Part shown: one piece after another, positions 13,801 to 28,515 of the stretch
Layout of the letters: each line of letters starts with the position of its first letter
How positions within the stretch are numbered: the first letter of the stretch is position 1
Origin: the human T2T-CHM13v2.0 reference genome, Homo sapiens
Reading direction: 5' to 3' (one strand)
DNA: 64,000 nt
Assembly (NCBI RefSeq): GCF_009914755.1
Contig: NC_060930.1
The notes under the pieces: model-generated
Seen by the model: only the letters and a program-made list of their open reading frames with translations
The model's database searches: none
Told to the model about the DNA's origin: nothing
Made by a program: the position numbers and the translations under genes

Positions 13801-16800
13801 GATCAAATGTTGCCTTCTGGATATTTTTCATTTACTTCTTTTTTCTCATCCACTGACGTTCCACACTCCTGTGGCATGTTGCCTGCATTACTTCAATAGT
13901 TTCTGCTATTTTCCTTGCATCAGACCTTAATTCCCTCAACTCTCTGTCCCCCTCCATCCTCCCTGTCACTGCCCGAGGAATTCTCTCAAATATGTATGCC
14001 TCAATCACTCCCAGGCATCAGAGCCCACAGGACTCCTCAGTCCCTTTGATCGATCTCGCCAGGCTCTGTGTGCTAACCCTGGCCCCTCTCTGCTGCTTGC
14101 CAAGAGGCCCTCTCCGCATTTCAACCCAGGGACCACTTGCAGCCTAGAGTGGGTGTCTCCCTGCAAACCTGTGTCACCTACTTGTCTGGCTCATCTGCCT
14201 GTCTCGTCTGTTGTAACGCACGTGGTCTCTTTCATTTCCACAGCCCCAGCATAGTGCCTGGAAGTGGGACGTGCAGGCACTATGGAAAAAGGACTTGGGT
14301 GGTTCCGAAGGGAAACCAGGCAGTGGAGGCAGAGGCAGGGAAATAGAACCACAGTGAATGGATGAAACCTTCACAGATCTGTTGAACGACCTTTGATCTT
14401 TTATGTGCCTTGCTTGATTTGCTTTCCACTGAGGTCACCTGCATTTCTCTCAACCTATCCTAGCCCTCACCACAGCCAGTCTGAAGTCAGATGGCAAAGT
14501 TGTGGAGTGTTAGAAAAAGCAGTGGCTGGTGGAGCAAATGGGGGTTGGGGGAGTGGTGGGGACATGACTCCCCCTTGAGGGCCCTGCCCAGCTGTTCCAC
14601 AGCAGCCTGGCTGGCCCCTTCCTAGGCAGCCTCTTTGTCTTAGCAGCGTCTTTCCAAGGTCAGCAGGCTCTTTCGCGATAAGAGCGGACATTGCTGAGCC
14701 CTGACTCTGTACCCGCCGGTGTTCTAGAAGAACCTGCACTTGATCCAACAAAGCAGAGAGTTCTTGGGTCCTTTTCTTTCCTTTTCCTTTCTGAAACTGT
14801 ATAATAAACACATAAAAGTAAAAAATATTTACAATACCTTATAACAAATGCCAGATGCTATGTATTCCCTGTCTACTGGCTGGCTGTTTTGGTTTTTCTA
14901 TTGAGATTTTGCTCTTGAGTGGTAGTAAAATGCCATTTTCCCTCTGTGATTCTATCATTAGTTTCCCAATAATTTCTTTAATAATAATAATATTTGGTAT
15001 TTTAGAAGGTTTAGAGTTCAGAGCACTTTCCCCCTCATCATCTCACTTGATTTTAATTCTCGTCTACCTCATGAATAGGGCAGGAATCCTCACCCCCTGC
15101 GTACAGAAGGGGGACCAGAAGCTCAGAGAAAGAAGGGGCAAACTGAAGGAATCACTGGCAGCAGAAGGACATAAATCAGGCCCCAGATTCTCAGTTTGCC
15201 CTGTTGTGCACATCAACAATTCTTATCTTTTCATTACATTTGTTGATTTGGTTGATCTCATCAGAGACCGTCATCTAAAGAGTCAGTTGTATTCAGGCCA
15301 TGCCAGAATGTTCTGTTTGTGGACACAGTGAGCTAAGGCGGTGCCTCTGGGCTCAAGAGAAACGCCGCAGCAGGGCAGGAGGCAGGACCATGCTGCCCAT
15401 GTGTTAGCTCGTCTGCAGGGCCAGGCGTGTGGCGGGTTCCAGTCTCCGAGTGTGGTGGTAGGCTCAGCGCTGGGAAATTTCACGTCTCAACACATCTCTT
15501 GGGAAAAAGGACTTGGGTGGTTCTGAAGGGAAACCAGGCAGTGGAGGCAGAGGCAGGGAAATAGAGCCCCAGTGCATCTGCAAGTGTAGCTGAGGGTGCA
15601 GCGTGGTGGAAGCACTTTATAGTCTACACCAGGATTTCTTAAACAGGAGTCTGAGGATTGCTTCAAGGGGGAGAGGGGCAGAGATTGTTTTTTTTTTTTT
15701 TTAAAGAAGCAGATTCTCAAAGGGCTTCATTCATGTCCTCCCAAATATTGAGGACTCACTCTTTAGTAGGAATTCCATGAATAAAGGAATAACATATGAC
15801 ATCTGAAGTGGAGTTGTCCCTTATTATCCTGTTTGTTTTCAAGGTAGCCTCACAAATTCAAATGGCGTCCCCTGCACCCTTCAAACTCGCCCTGGCATTC
15901 AGAACGCTGCTATTCTCTGCTTGGAAGGGTCCTCGCCTGGCACAGCAAACTCCCATGTTTACCAGAATCCGACTCAAATCTCACCTCTGGGTGGTGCCTC
16001 CTTAGACCCCTGGGAAGACCTGGGTACCCTCCTCTAAGCCTGCCCAGCACCCTCTCTGTCTCTAACACCTGTCTCCCTGTCCTGTAGTGACTTGCTCACC
16101 TGTCACTATGTTGGAACACCTTGCTGTATTCATTTTCCCATCCCCAGCATTGATCTCTGTGCCAGGTTCACAGAAGGTGTCCAGGAGATCGCTGTGTGAT
16201 TGACAGTCTGGAAGCTGGGCTATTAAGGGCAGTTGTCCAGCCAAATCTGAGTGAAACTGGGTCAGGATTTAAAGATGTGGTTAGTCTGATTCACATAGAC
16301 TCTGTAAATGTCACTGAAGATTATCACTGGCATTTGGATGGTGTGGTCTCTGTGACCACAGGGCAGAAAATTCAATTATTCAGCACTTGCTGTATGCAAA
16401 GCACTCTACGGAATCCCATGAGTAGGAGGAAGTCTCAAAGAGGATGAAGACATTGCCCCTTCTTCCAGGAGATGTTTAAGTTCTATTTGATTGGGTCAAG
16501 CTCATATAAAATTCAAGGTTTTGAGGCTTGGTCTCATGATCAGACTAGCCAGCTTGGGCCAGAAGTGTTTTGCGCTTGGATACTCTCACAGGTACACTTC
16601 ATATTCTCAAACTAAACATCTGGTAACACAGAGCAGTTGGCAAGATAATCAGGTTTCTTTTTGTAGGTCTTCGGAAGGAGAACAATTGGATAGTATGAGG
16701 GGATCATTTGCCAATTATAGATAGTAGCCCTGGAAAGCACTGGAGAGACCTGGGCCCTAACACGGGGGAAAAGTTCAGAAATTCATCGACGGGAGCGGAA

Positions 16801-19800
16801 GTTAGACACATTTTAATTTCACGTGCTGTCTTGAATACTGTGTACCACGGCAGCGTCTTTACTCGAGACTCAAAATCATTTGACTCTTCTACAAACTGGA
16901 TTCCCATTCAAGATTTTCTCATTCTCCTCTACTGTGGATATTAGCTTGGAATAGATCATTAGCGTCCATATAGAATTTGAAATCTTTATTTGAAGTTATA
17001 ACCGCTAAAAATGATTGTTAAAATCATGGTGTGTAGATTCAGATATGAGGTTCCCAGATAGCAAATTTAAGCCTTCTCTAACCACACCCCTTAAAGGGCC
17101 TCTGCGGACACCTCCACCCCCTTGTGAGACCCAGGAGTCTCTTCCAGAGTGCAGTAGCAGAGGAGTGGCTTCCCCGGGGAACAAATACTGCGTGGTGCAC
17201 CGTGGTCCCGACCAGACACGCTGGCCCTCCTGGAGGCCTCAGGCATTACTTAGACCTTCAGCCAAGTCTCTCTTCTGTTTGGAGAGCTTGGGAAAGCAGT
17301 TTTCATCTCCTAATGGAAAATGAAAATCTGTCATCACCTTTCACATCATCAGCCTCCTGGAGCCCCCTAGTCCGTCTGACTGCAGTTATGTCCCAGATAA
17401 TGAGGCTTCAAGCAAGCCCCCTAAGTGCACAGCGCTGCAGGCTCAGCCCTCTCTGCACTCCTCTTTCTTCCCCGCCTTCCTCTCTTCTGGATCTGGATCC
17501 CCCCACACCTGCTCAGTCACCAACAGCAACCTGCCGGGTATCAGCTACCCCACTCTGGGGTGGCGGTGGCTCGGGTGAGGACAGGGCTGTGCCTGCAAAT
17601 GGCCCCCTCGGGCCTTTCTCCCTGTCCCATCGCTCCCTGCTTCTTTCACGAAAGTCAACATCACAGCCTGTAACCCAAAGGCTGATAGGATGTGCGGATA
17701 ACAGCTATATAACCTTAATTCTCAAACGATGGGAGACAGCCAGGGAATTTCGTGTCAGCTATCCACTGCTGTGGCTCCGTGGAAATGCTTCCAGCACAAA
17801 CAACCTGTGTACACTGCAGAACCTTTCACTCAGGAGGGAGGTCTGAGCACGGCTAGTTTTTGCTGCCTCGGAAGGGGTCAGGGCTCCCTCTGCAGGGAGC
17901 CCGTGGTTCTGCCGCAGCAGCGGAGCCTCCAGCGCCAGTCGGTGACCCTCCTGCCCATGCCTGGGAGGATGTGAGCTCTGGTGCCCCAGGCAGCCTGGAA
18001 TTGTGCCCTGGGAGTGGGGCTGGGGCAAGGGAGAGGCTGCAGTGTCATTACAGGGATGTCCTCCTTTCCTGGAGGTCACTTTGGGCTTGACCACGGGCTG
18101 TCCACTGCCTGGCGTGGTCTCTGATTTGCTGCTCTCTGCGGACCCTTGGTTGTGCTCTTTCGGGCTTATCTAACCTTACTCATGCAAAGACCCGAAGCTC
18201 TGGCATTCCCCATATCTGACCTGGGATCCCTAGTCTTTCTCATTATCTGTGCTACCCCCTCCCAGAGTGTCCCGGGGAGAATCACCGCATCCACTTCCTG
18301 AGGTGGGTTTGATGAATGATGCAATGTGGCTATGGTGAGGGCGTCTGGCCTGTGGCAAATGCCCAGTAACTGGCTCAAGCTTTTGTTCTGCCTGGTCCCG
18401 CCTGGCTGGGAGCCTTAGGGAGGGATATTAATGCTTATCCAGTTTGGGCCAATTCAGTAAAGAAAACTTTAAACTTAAACAACCCTCTTAGATGGACTGC
18501 ATTTTACTTTTGTGAATTGGGTTTTTTTTTTCCCCTGCTCTTTGGTTGTTTTTGGAGTATAATAACATGATGCCAAAAATACCTTGGTGATTCGTGAACA
18601 ACCTGATGTTTTGCCCCTGGGCTGCCACGTGTCTGAGGACAAGCTGGGTGCTGCTTACACCTGCATAGTTCCTCCGGGCAGCAGGCTCACACTCTGCTGC
18701 TGTCATGTAAAGCACCCTAGAGATGAGATCAGCCAGGCAGGCTGAGGTTAGGCCTCTGTTCATGGAGAGGCTCAGTGCCTTCATGGGCTCCCTGGCAGCG
18801 GTTCAGTGTGGTGGGTTTTCACCTACCTGGTGTGTGGCCGTGCCTTGCCTAAAATCTTGTCCAGTCCAGCAGCTGGCACTGAGGAGCAGCTCTGAGCCAG
18901 GTTCCTGAGCTGTGGGAACAAACAAAGCAGGGCTGATCATTGTCTTGCTTGGTAGGAAACGGCAGCTGCACTTAAGGCACTCATGTAAAAAGTGTGTTCC
19001 TAAACAAAATGGAGAAAACCAAATTGTCTCCTTGTTATCCTCTGCTCTGCTGCACTGCCTGGAAGGGACTTACACCTAAATTCGGAATAAATACATTTAT
19101 CAACGAGGTCCCAACTCTCGGACCATTGGTGAATGGCCAGGGATGCCTGATTAGATGATAACATAAGACAGTTCCGGCAGAAAGGGGCGGGCTGTGGACC
19201 CTTCTGAAGCTCCAGTGGTTGAACTACTGGATTCAACTTAAAACATCAGTCCATTTTTGCACTAAGTGAAAGCAGTAGTTGTGCAAATCATTGTACTCAC
19301 ACTGGCCGAGGAAGCACCAGGGACCGAAAAGGACAGGGTGGAAATCTCCCTCCCCAGCCCTCTCTTAGCCTGCTTGGTGTGATCAGGACTCTTGATTTCT
19401 GGGTCTCCAATGCAGTGACTCTAACTCTGAACATTGGCTGTGTTTCCAGCCCCTTTCATGTGTGGCTATTTGACAACCAGTAAGCAACACTTTGACTTCA
19501 TTTCTGCAAAATAAAGATCACCATTGTTTTCTCGACTGTGTCCAGCTGTGTTTATTTTAAAGTACCTTGTTTTCCATTTTATTGAGAATGGCTACAGAAC
19601 TCTGCCATATGCTCTGCATTAATGAGAGGGCATCTGTTCCATCCCATCGTGCTTGGTCAACATCTCACACACTCTGTTTACTCCTACTTTATAAGCAATA
19701 AGGAATCTCCAACAGATAATGGAAGAGTTGCTTCTTTCCAGACTGGAGGTGGCTTCGTGCAGAAGTGGAGAAGTGAGCACCCTCCCTGGCCCCTGTGAAT

Positions 19801-20349
19801 CAGGTCTTCCTGGCCTGGGCTCATTGGATTTTAGTCTCATGTTAAAAGGACCCAATTCCTGCCAGGTGTGGCATTAGATTTCACTGAGAGTAGAAATCCC
19901 TAAACATCGAACCCCCTGATAATCAAATGCAAAAACTCATTCCAAAGTCAAACAGAAATCATATTCATTGTCAAAAATCACATGGACCTTCCAGGATAGG
20001 AAAGAACAAGGAAGATGGTCAGGTTTTACCCCTCAGATGATCTTATAGGGTAAATGAGGAGTCAGAATACATATGAATACAAAGAGATGAACTGCAAAAT
20101 CAGGCTGCAAATGATCAAGCTGTGGTGAATCAGGTAGACCAGAAAGGTCCTCTGAAGAAGCCGTGCTGGTGGGCTGGGCCAGGTCTCTCTCCAGCACGGT
20201 GCGCCCAGACCAGGTCCAGGACAAAGCTGGATGATTGAACTAGAGAAAAAAAAAAAAGACAACCAGGTGTGGCTTTTTGAGTGAAGAATGAGCCTCTTCT
20301 GTCTAAGATGCCCCATCTGTGTCCTAGCTAATGCCTAGCACCACCCTTA

Positions 20350-20797
20350 TAAGGCAGGAGAATAGGGAATTAGGGTAACCAAGGGTTAAGGCATAAGCAA
20401 AGGAACAGCAGGTGCAGCCAGTTCTAGGCAAGATTAGGCAGCATACAGGCCACAACCTCACTCCTGTGATAACAAAACGGAAGTTTCCACTTCAGCCTCT
20501 GATTGGTTGGGGGCCCATCCATCATAGCGGGTAACCAATTGGAGGCCTCTAAAGGGAATCTAGGGGTGTTACCAAATTATTTCAGCTTAACAAAAACCCC
20601 AAAGAACATTCTAAATGGGGCTCTTGAGCTGCTTCGTTGATCGAGCCAACTCTCACTCTATAGAGTGTACTTTCACTTCAATAAACCTGCACTTTCGTTG
20701 CTTCCTTCCTTTGTTGCTTTGTGCATTTTATTAAATCCTTTGTCCAACACGCCAAGAACCTGGACAACTCACAGTCACGACTTCCTATCTGGTAACA
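20350..20797 (+). mobile_element. ERV1 solo LTR (MER51-like)
   Basis: Starts aaggcaggagaataggga, has two CCAAT boxes and AATAAA near 20680, ends gccaagaacctggacaac…ggtaaca. Confidence 0.75.
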
Positions 20798-22353
20798 CTC
20801 ATTCCTTTGCAAAATGTTTCTTGATCTCTGTTAAAAGGCAAGTACATGGTAAGGTGCTCTTATTCATGTACTCCTCCAGGTGAATGATTTGATGTCTTCC
20901 CTTCCTAAAACCAGGTTTTTATGGGAGAGGAAGAAGTGGGGAGTATGAAGACCCCAGGAAAAGAGTTTTTAAAGAGGAGGAGATCCAATTTCACACCTTT
21001 GAGTAGTCCAGCTCTGGAATCCAGTACAGGATTTTTGGAAGATTCACCAAGATCCATCTTTCCTTTTCCTGCTATTCTTTCCAAATAGGTAAAGAAGTAG
21101 CTGAGGGAAACGCAGCTTTGTGAGGGAAGCCTGGAGCGTGAGAAATCTGCTCACACTGGATTCTGCCTCGGGCTCGACAGAATGTCACAGCAGACCCGCG
21201 ATGTGACAGGCTCACTGGTGTACACACGGCTGTGTCGGCCATGGCCCTGTCAGGTGGGTCAGGAAGGAAAGGCCCCCCAGTTCATACTTCTGAGTCATCG
21301 GTCAGATAGGAATCACGTTCTTTTTTTTTTTTTTTTTTCACTCACACAGCTACCCTGAAGCTTCAGATCTACTTCCTGGCTCAGACCACCTGCAACACAC
21401 TGGTTTGGCATCTAGCGGGTTGTGCTTGCAGAACAGCAGGCTGGCTCCGTGCACCTGCTCAGTGGGGCTGGGCTTTAGCAACCTGCATTGAGGCTGCTCT
21501 TCTTAACTTTTCTCTAACTTGCTTCATGAAAGTTAATTCTGCTGGGACCCCACGAGGCAGCGGAGAGCCCACTCTGCCCATGATTGGTGCCCTGGGCTGG
21601 CACGCAGAGTTTAATGGAGGAGCCCGGGAGAGAGGGATGCCTGAGAACCAGGGATGTGGGCTGGAGCAGTGCCACCTCCTCTAACTCACCCGCAAGCCCA
21701 GCCAACCGGCTAAACCTTCCCCACAGAGCCTCAGTCTCCTTATCTGTAAAATGGGTATGCCTTGTGTTTTCCCCTGCGTTTCCTTGCTCCCCTTGGGAAT
21801 ATGACAGTAGTTGAAGTCAGCTTTCTAAGCCTTGTCTTTTATGAAATGTAATGCTTTATTTTCTCGTGAAAAGAAATGAAGCTATCAGAGACCAGGCGGG
21901 AGATTTTTTTGAGCGTAGAGTGAAGAGTTGCTCTTCCTTTCCTGCCCTCAAAATGTTCCTACAACCTTGCTCTTTAATGGGAAGTATTTTTTTTTTCAGA
22001 CATAGTATTAGAGTGATTCTGTATATCTAACACCTTCATCAAACCCTCTGAGAAACTGGGAACTTAGTGACTTGTGCCTGGTTCAGCTGTTTTCTCCAAT
22101 GGATAATGTGTGCCTAAGGACAGGGACCACATTCTCTTACTCAGTTTTCTATCCCCAGAGCCCACCTAGAACAGAGCGGGGTGCTTTGTAAGTGTGTGCG
22201 AAGTTTCTGTTGAATGAACAAATTAGATGATGTCATGTTCCAGGAGGGCGGGAGCTGCATCTGCTCTGCTCTCCCTTTCTCTCCCAGCCCACGGCTGACC
22301 GGAGTCGGTGGCTGATAATGTGACTTCTAATGAGTTCATTCACCAAATACTAA

Positions 22354-22666
<313 letters not shown>

Positions 22667-22993
22667 CACAAGTGAAAATTTTAAACTATATTTTGTTAGA
22701 GAGAGAAGAGGGAACCCGAGGCCTGGATAACATGCAAGATCTTCATAAGACTTCATAGCAACAGCATTCACTTGTCATATTTTGATGATCAAATTGGAGA
22801 AAATACCTCTTAAATTCAAACCTAGGGGCAAGGTAACATTTCAAATAGGATTTTTTTTTCCCTCTGTCTATAGTGGATATTTAAAATTTTTCCATTCATT
22901 CTTGCACACCTACAGATTACCTGGCACTTGTCCAGTCTTTCTGCAGTCAACATCGCCCAGATTCCATGCAGAACCCTTTGCAGACTCCTGAGG

Positions 22994-23083
22994 AGGTACA
23001 GACAAGGAGTGTCCCTGTCCTCATGGTGCTACATGAAAAGGTACAGACAAGGAGTGTCCCTGTCCTCATGGTGCTACATGAAA
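22994..23083 (+). repeat. Perfect 45-bp tandem duplication
   Basis: aggtacagacaaggagtgtccctgtcctcatggtgctacatgaaa occurs twice in tandem. Confidence 0.97.
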
Positions 23084-23869
23084 AGGCAAGTGACCCAACA
23101 GGCAGCATTGGAGAAAGTGCCTAACTGTGGAAAGGCCAGTGGGAGAGGCTCGGTGGAGGAGGAGCTTGCTGGACTAGAGAGGTCAGGGAAAGCTTCTTGG
23201 AGGAAGTGAGGTATGAGCTGGAAGTAGAAATACCAGGAAGCCCAGGGCAGGCTTGGGAATGGGCCAGGCATGCTCAGGTCCCAGGGCATAGAGTAACAAT
23301 CTGGCTGGAAGAAGGAATGGAGGAACAAGCTGATAGGAGGGTGATTTCATGTGGACTGGACCCCATGTTCAGGAGGTGACCACATAAGCCAGGATGGGTG
23401 GATAGAGTTAGCTAATCCTGGAAGAAATCATGGAATAAAATTAAATATATGCATTGCTGGCTACAGATCCAGTTCCTCCTTCCCGGGTCTCTGTGTCCAC
23501 CCTTCTTGGGGGCCATCCCACACCTCCCTGCTACTGCCACAACCTTTGCCCTTTCTAAGCAGGTGCTGGGTAGAGAAAGAGGTACAGTGGAACTTGCCAA
23601 ATGTCCTCGCCGTGCAACCTCTTGCAGAGGGCCATGTGTGATCTTCAGATCCCAAGATTTTCTTGATATTTATAAAAGCACCTTTGCCTCCATTCCCAAA
23701 CTGAATTCTCCATCCCTGGGCTCCATCTTGAAGGGAAATGATCACAGCTGTGGCGATTGTGTGTCTCCTACTGGTGAGAGCTGGTAACTACAGCATCTAA
23801 TTGGCCGTTTTCCAGACCTCTGCAGGGTAAGAGCCTGTGGGGAGCTGGTGTTGAGGTGGAATTCCAGCT

Positions 23870-24045
23870 AATATTTACTGGGTGTTTCCTACATGCTAGG
23901 CACTTTCCTACAGACTTACAAAGGCTAACTCATTTTCTCCTCATAGCAATCCTATGAGGTCAGTACTGTTGTTGTCCTTTTTTAATCCATGAGGAAACTG
24001 AAACACGGAGAGGCTAAAAATGTGCCTAAGATTCCCAGGATCAGG
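23870..24045. mobile_element. MIR
   Basis: cctcatagcaatcctatgagg…atgaggaaactgaaacacggagagg. Confidence 0.7.
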
Positions 24046-25048
24046 GAAGGCAATACACATGTTTGTTGTTGCAAACAAAATTGTGAGAAGGACCAGCTTT
24101 AGGGAAAGGCAGAGTGTGCCTGCTGTCACAGCACTGACTTTTAGCATTCGACTGCCTGTCTAGATTCTAGAGTTCTAGGAGTTCTTACTGATATAAATTG
24201 TAACATGGTGATCCTGGTGATTTAAAGAGTTAATGTTAAAACTCAATCATTTTGAAGGGTGCACATCATTTGACTCAACAAAATTTAAATACTTACTATC
24301 TGTAAGTTCCTGGCAGGATACTATAAAAATGAAAGAGACTGTTACAAATAACAAAGTTAAATTAACTCACAGTGTGGTGTCAGTGATAAGACATGTATAG
24401 AAATAATCATACTACAAGAGAGAATGTTCTAGAAGAATGCTATTAATGCTATGGAAACATAAGGCAGAGGCCATAGTGCAGATCTTAGAGGACTTCCTGG
24501 AAGGGTGACTTTTGAGCTGGGCTGATGGTGGAGATGGTTGGGAGGGGCAAGGGAAGGTGTGTTTTGGTGGAGGGTGTAGTGCTGGCAGAGGCAGTGAGGC
24601 AGGAAAGCAGAGTGGTGCTTGGGAGGCCAATTGAGGATTGAGGCTGCTTGCAGCTTAAGTGAGGGCAATTAGGGAAGACTAAACCTAAGGATGGGCCAGA
24701 CCTCTAAGGAGTTAGGGATTTAAAATTATATTACATATAGTGAAAGTTTTGGATCAGGAAGGAGGGTCCAGAAAACAATAGATACATTTGTTGGTGCAAA
24801 CAAAATTGTGAGCAGGACCAGCTTTAGGGAAAGGCAGTGTACTTACATGTCAGGTAACATTTGCAAAGACTCTCAAAGAGTGCAGTAAATAGAACATCCA
24901 TACACCTGCCAGTGCCTGCCCAGTCTGAACAGCTTACCTGTCTGCAAACCTCCTTCCACTCCCTGCCACCAGGGCTGGTATTTCAACATTAAACACCAGG
25001 TGAGACAAGGGCTTGGATATGAAGAAGGCCCCAACTAAATTGTATATA

Positions 25049-26518
25049 CAGCCATGAATCACTCAAAAACAGGGATACATTCTGAGAAATGTGTCTTTAG
25101 GTGACTTTTGTCATTGTGCAGACACCACAGAGTATACTTGCACAAATCTAGATGGGCCAGACCACTTCACACCTAGGCTATATGGTAGACCCATTGCTCC
25201 TAGGCTACAAACCTGTACAACATGTGACTGTACCGAATACTGTGGGCAATTGTAATGCAATTGTATTTGTACCTATATGGACAAGGTACAGTCAAAATAC
25301 AGTAGAAAAGATTAAAAATGGTTCACCTGCATAGGACACTTAACATGGAGCTTGCAGGTCTGGAAGTGGCTCTGAGTGAGCCAGTGAGTGAGCAGGGAGT
25401 GACTGGGAAGGCCTAGGGCACTACTGCACACTACTGTACACTACCATACACTACTGTAGACTACTGCACACTACCGTGCACTACTGTAGGCTACTGCACA
25501 CTACTGTACACTACCGTACACTACTATAGACTACTGCACACTACTGCACACTACCATACACTACTGTAGGCTACTGCACACTACTATACACTACTGTATG
25601 CTACTGTAGACTACTGCACACTACCGTACACTACCGTAGGCTACTGCACACTACTGTACGCTACTATAGACTACTGCACACTACTGCACACTACCGTACA
25701 CTACCATAGGCTACTGCACACTACTATACACTACTGTACACTACTGTAGACTACTGCACACTACTGTAGGCTACTGCACACTACTATACACTACTGTACA
25801 CTACAGTACACTACCGTAGGCTATTGCACACTACTATACGCTACTGTAGACTACTGCACACTACTGTAGACTACTGCACACTGCTATACACTACCATATA
25901 GTACTGTAGACTACTGCACACTACTGTACACTGTACACTACTGTACACTACTATACACTACTGTAGACTACTGCACACTACTGTACACTACTGTATACTG
26001 CTGTAGACTTCCGCACACTACACTACTGTACAATCCTATAGACTCCTGTACACTACTGTAGACTACTGTACACGACTGCACCCTACTATAGACTACTATA
26101 GACTTTATAAACACTGCACACTTAGGCTACACTAAATCTATAAGTTTTTTCAATAGTAAATTAACCTTAGTTTACTGTAACTTTTATTACTTTACAAACT
26201 TAATTTTTTTTCACTTTTTGACTCTTTTGTAATAACACTTAGCTTGAAACACAAGCACGGGGTACTCCTGCACAAAATTATTCTTTATATCTTTATTCTA
26301 TATATTTAAATGTTTTAAAATTTAGTTTTACTTTTTAAACATTTTCATTTAAAAACGAAGACACAAACATGCACATTGTCCTAGGCCATCACGGGGTCAT
26401 GATCATGAAGGCCGGAGTAGGGAGCAGGAATTTTTCAGCTCCGTCATAATCTCATGGGGCCACTGTTGTATATGTGGCCCATTGTCCACTGAAACGTCAT
26501 TATGCGGCCCGTGGCTGT
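25049..26518 (+). mobile_element. Tigger3b (MER7/Golem-type) DNA transposon with internal minisatellite
   Basis: gggatacattctgagaaatgtg…cacacctaggctatatggta…; ends ta|cagccatg and cgtggctg|ta, consistent with TIRs and a TA target duplication. Confidence 0.85.
25419..26105. repeat. Minisatellite with 10-bp unit (CACTACTGTA/GACTACTGCA variants)
   Basis: About 690 bp of directly visible 10-mer tandem array. Confidence 0.97.
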
Positions 26519-26559
26519 AGTTGCTTTGCGGGAAGAGAGGAGGCACAGACAATTGATAA

Positions 26560-26790
26560 TAATGATAATACCAGCTGGAACCTCTTAGTCACTTGCTCTG
26601 GGCTGGGCACGGCTCTTGACATGCTCTATGGCAGATCTCATTTTATCTTGGCCATAACCCTTCAAGGCAGGGACTCTCATCATCCCTGTGTGACACAGGA
26701 GGACACTGAAGCCCAGAGAGGCCAATTGACTTACTCGAGGCCACACAGCTAACAAGCGGAGAGCTGGAATTCACTCCCAGGTTCTCTGTG
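26560..26790. mobile_element. MIR
   Basis: acaggaggacactgaagcccagagagg…ccacacagctaacaagcggagagctgg. Confidence 0.65.
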
Positions 26791-27046
26791 TGCCTGTCCT
26801 GTGGGTTAATGCCCAGACCAGATGCTCAGCTCTAACCGTAGAGGATCCACGGAAGCAGGGCCTGAGGACACAGGACACAGGTCAGGCCTTTTTCAAAGGA
26901 CGTAGACAGAGACTGTCCAGAAAAGGAGGAGGCTCTTTGAAGGGAGTGAAGTCCTGGGTGAATCACAGAGCACAGAGGCTCCCTGCCTGTGTCAGCCTGG
27001 GCCAGCTTCCCAGGGAGCGTGGCCTGACCTGGCCTCACCTGAGAAC

Positions 27047-27175
27047 CTGTGTGTGGCGTGTGAGCAGTGTGTATGCGGTGTGTGTGTGCTCACCGTGTAT
27101 ACAGCAGGTGTAGTGTGCAGTGTGTGTGCATGCAGTGTGCGTGCATGCAGTGTGCGTGTGCATACAGTGTGTGCA
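27047..27175. repeat. TG-rich low-complexity tract
   Basis: gtgtgtgtgcatgcagtgtgcgtgcatgcagtgtgcgtgtgcat…. Confidence 0.85.
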
Positions 27176-27689
27176 GCTAGAATATTACCCACTCTGGCTT
27201 TGAACCGCACTGGAAATTTCCATGTGAATAATTTCTTTTCCCAGTCACCTCATGAATGAACTCATTAAGTCATGATTGCAGCTAAAGCCTCTCACAAGAT
27301 TATTTACCAGCAGGGCCACTAGCTGGGAAAGAGAAGGAATCACCAGGCAGAGCTCTTGCTGCAGGGTGGTGTCCCTGGCCCACCTGCACGAGTGGCCACC
27401 CTGCCATAGGGGCCCATCTGACAGCGTCTCTGATGACAGGAGCTCAAGAGCCTCCCACTGCCTAGTTTAGAAATGCCTTTACTTACATCATTTTAATCTT
27501 CACAAGGACACTGAAAGGCAAACGTTTTAATTGACATTCAACATACAAAACAACAACACTAAGCAAAAAGCCAACCTGAGATTCAGAGAGGTTACTTGGA
27601 TTGCCTGAGGTCACACAGCGCAAGTAGGCAGTCGCCTAGGTCCTATGATTTACTGGATTCTTCTAAACTTCCTGTATTTAGATACTATT

Positions 27690-28515
<826 letters not shown>

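Noticed and set aside
17124-17846. Longest ORF (240 aa)
   Set aside because: Non-ATG start, Ser/Pro/Leu-rich with no recognisable domain; expected by chance in GC-rich DNA.
25419-26105. CRISPR-like array
   Set aside because: Contiguous 10-mer tandem repeat without unique spacers, in eukaryotic DNA.
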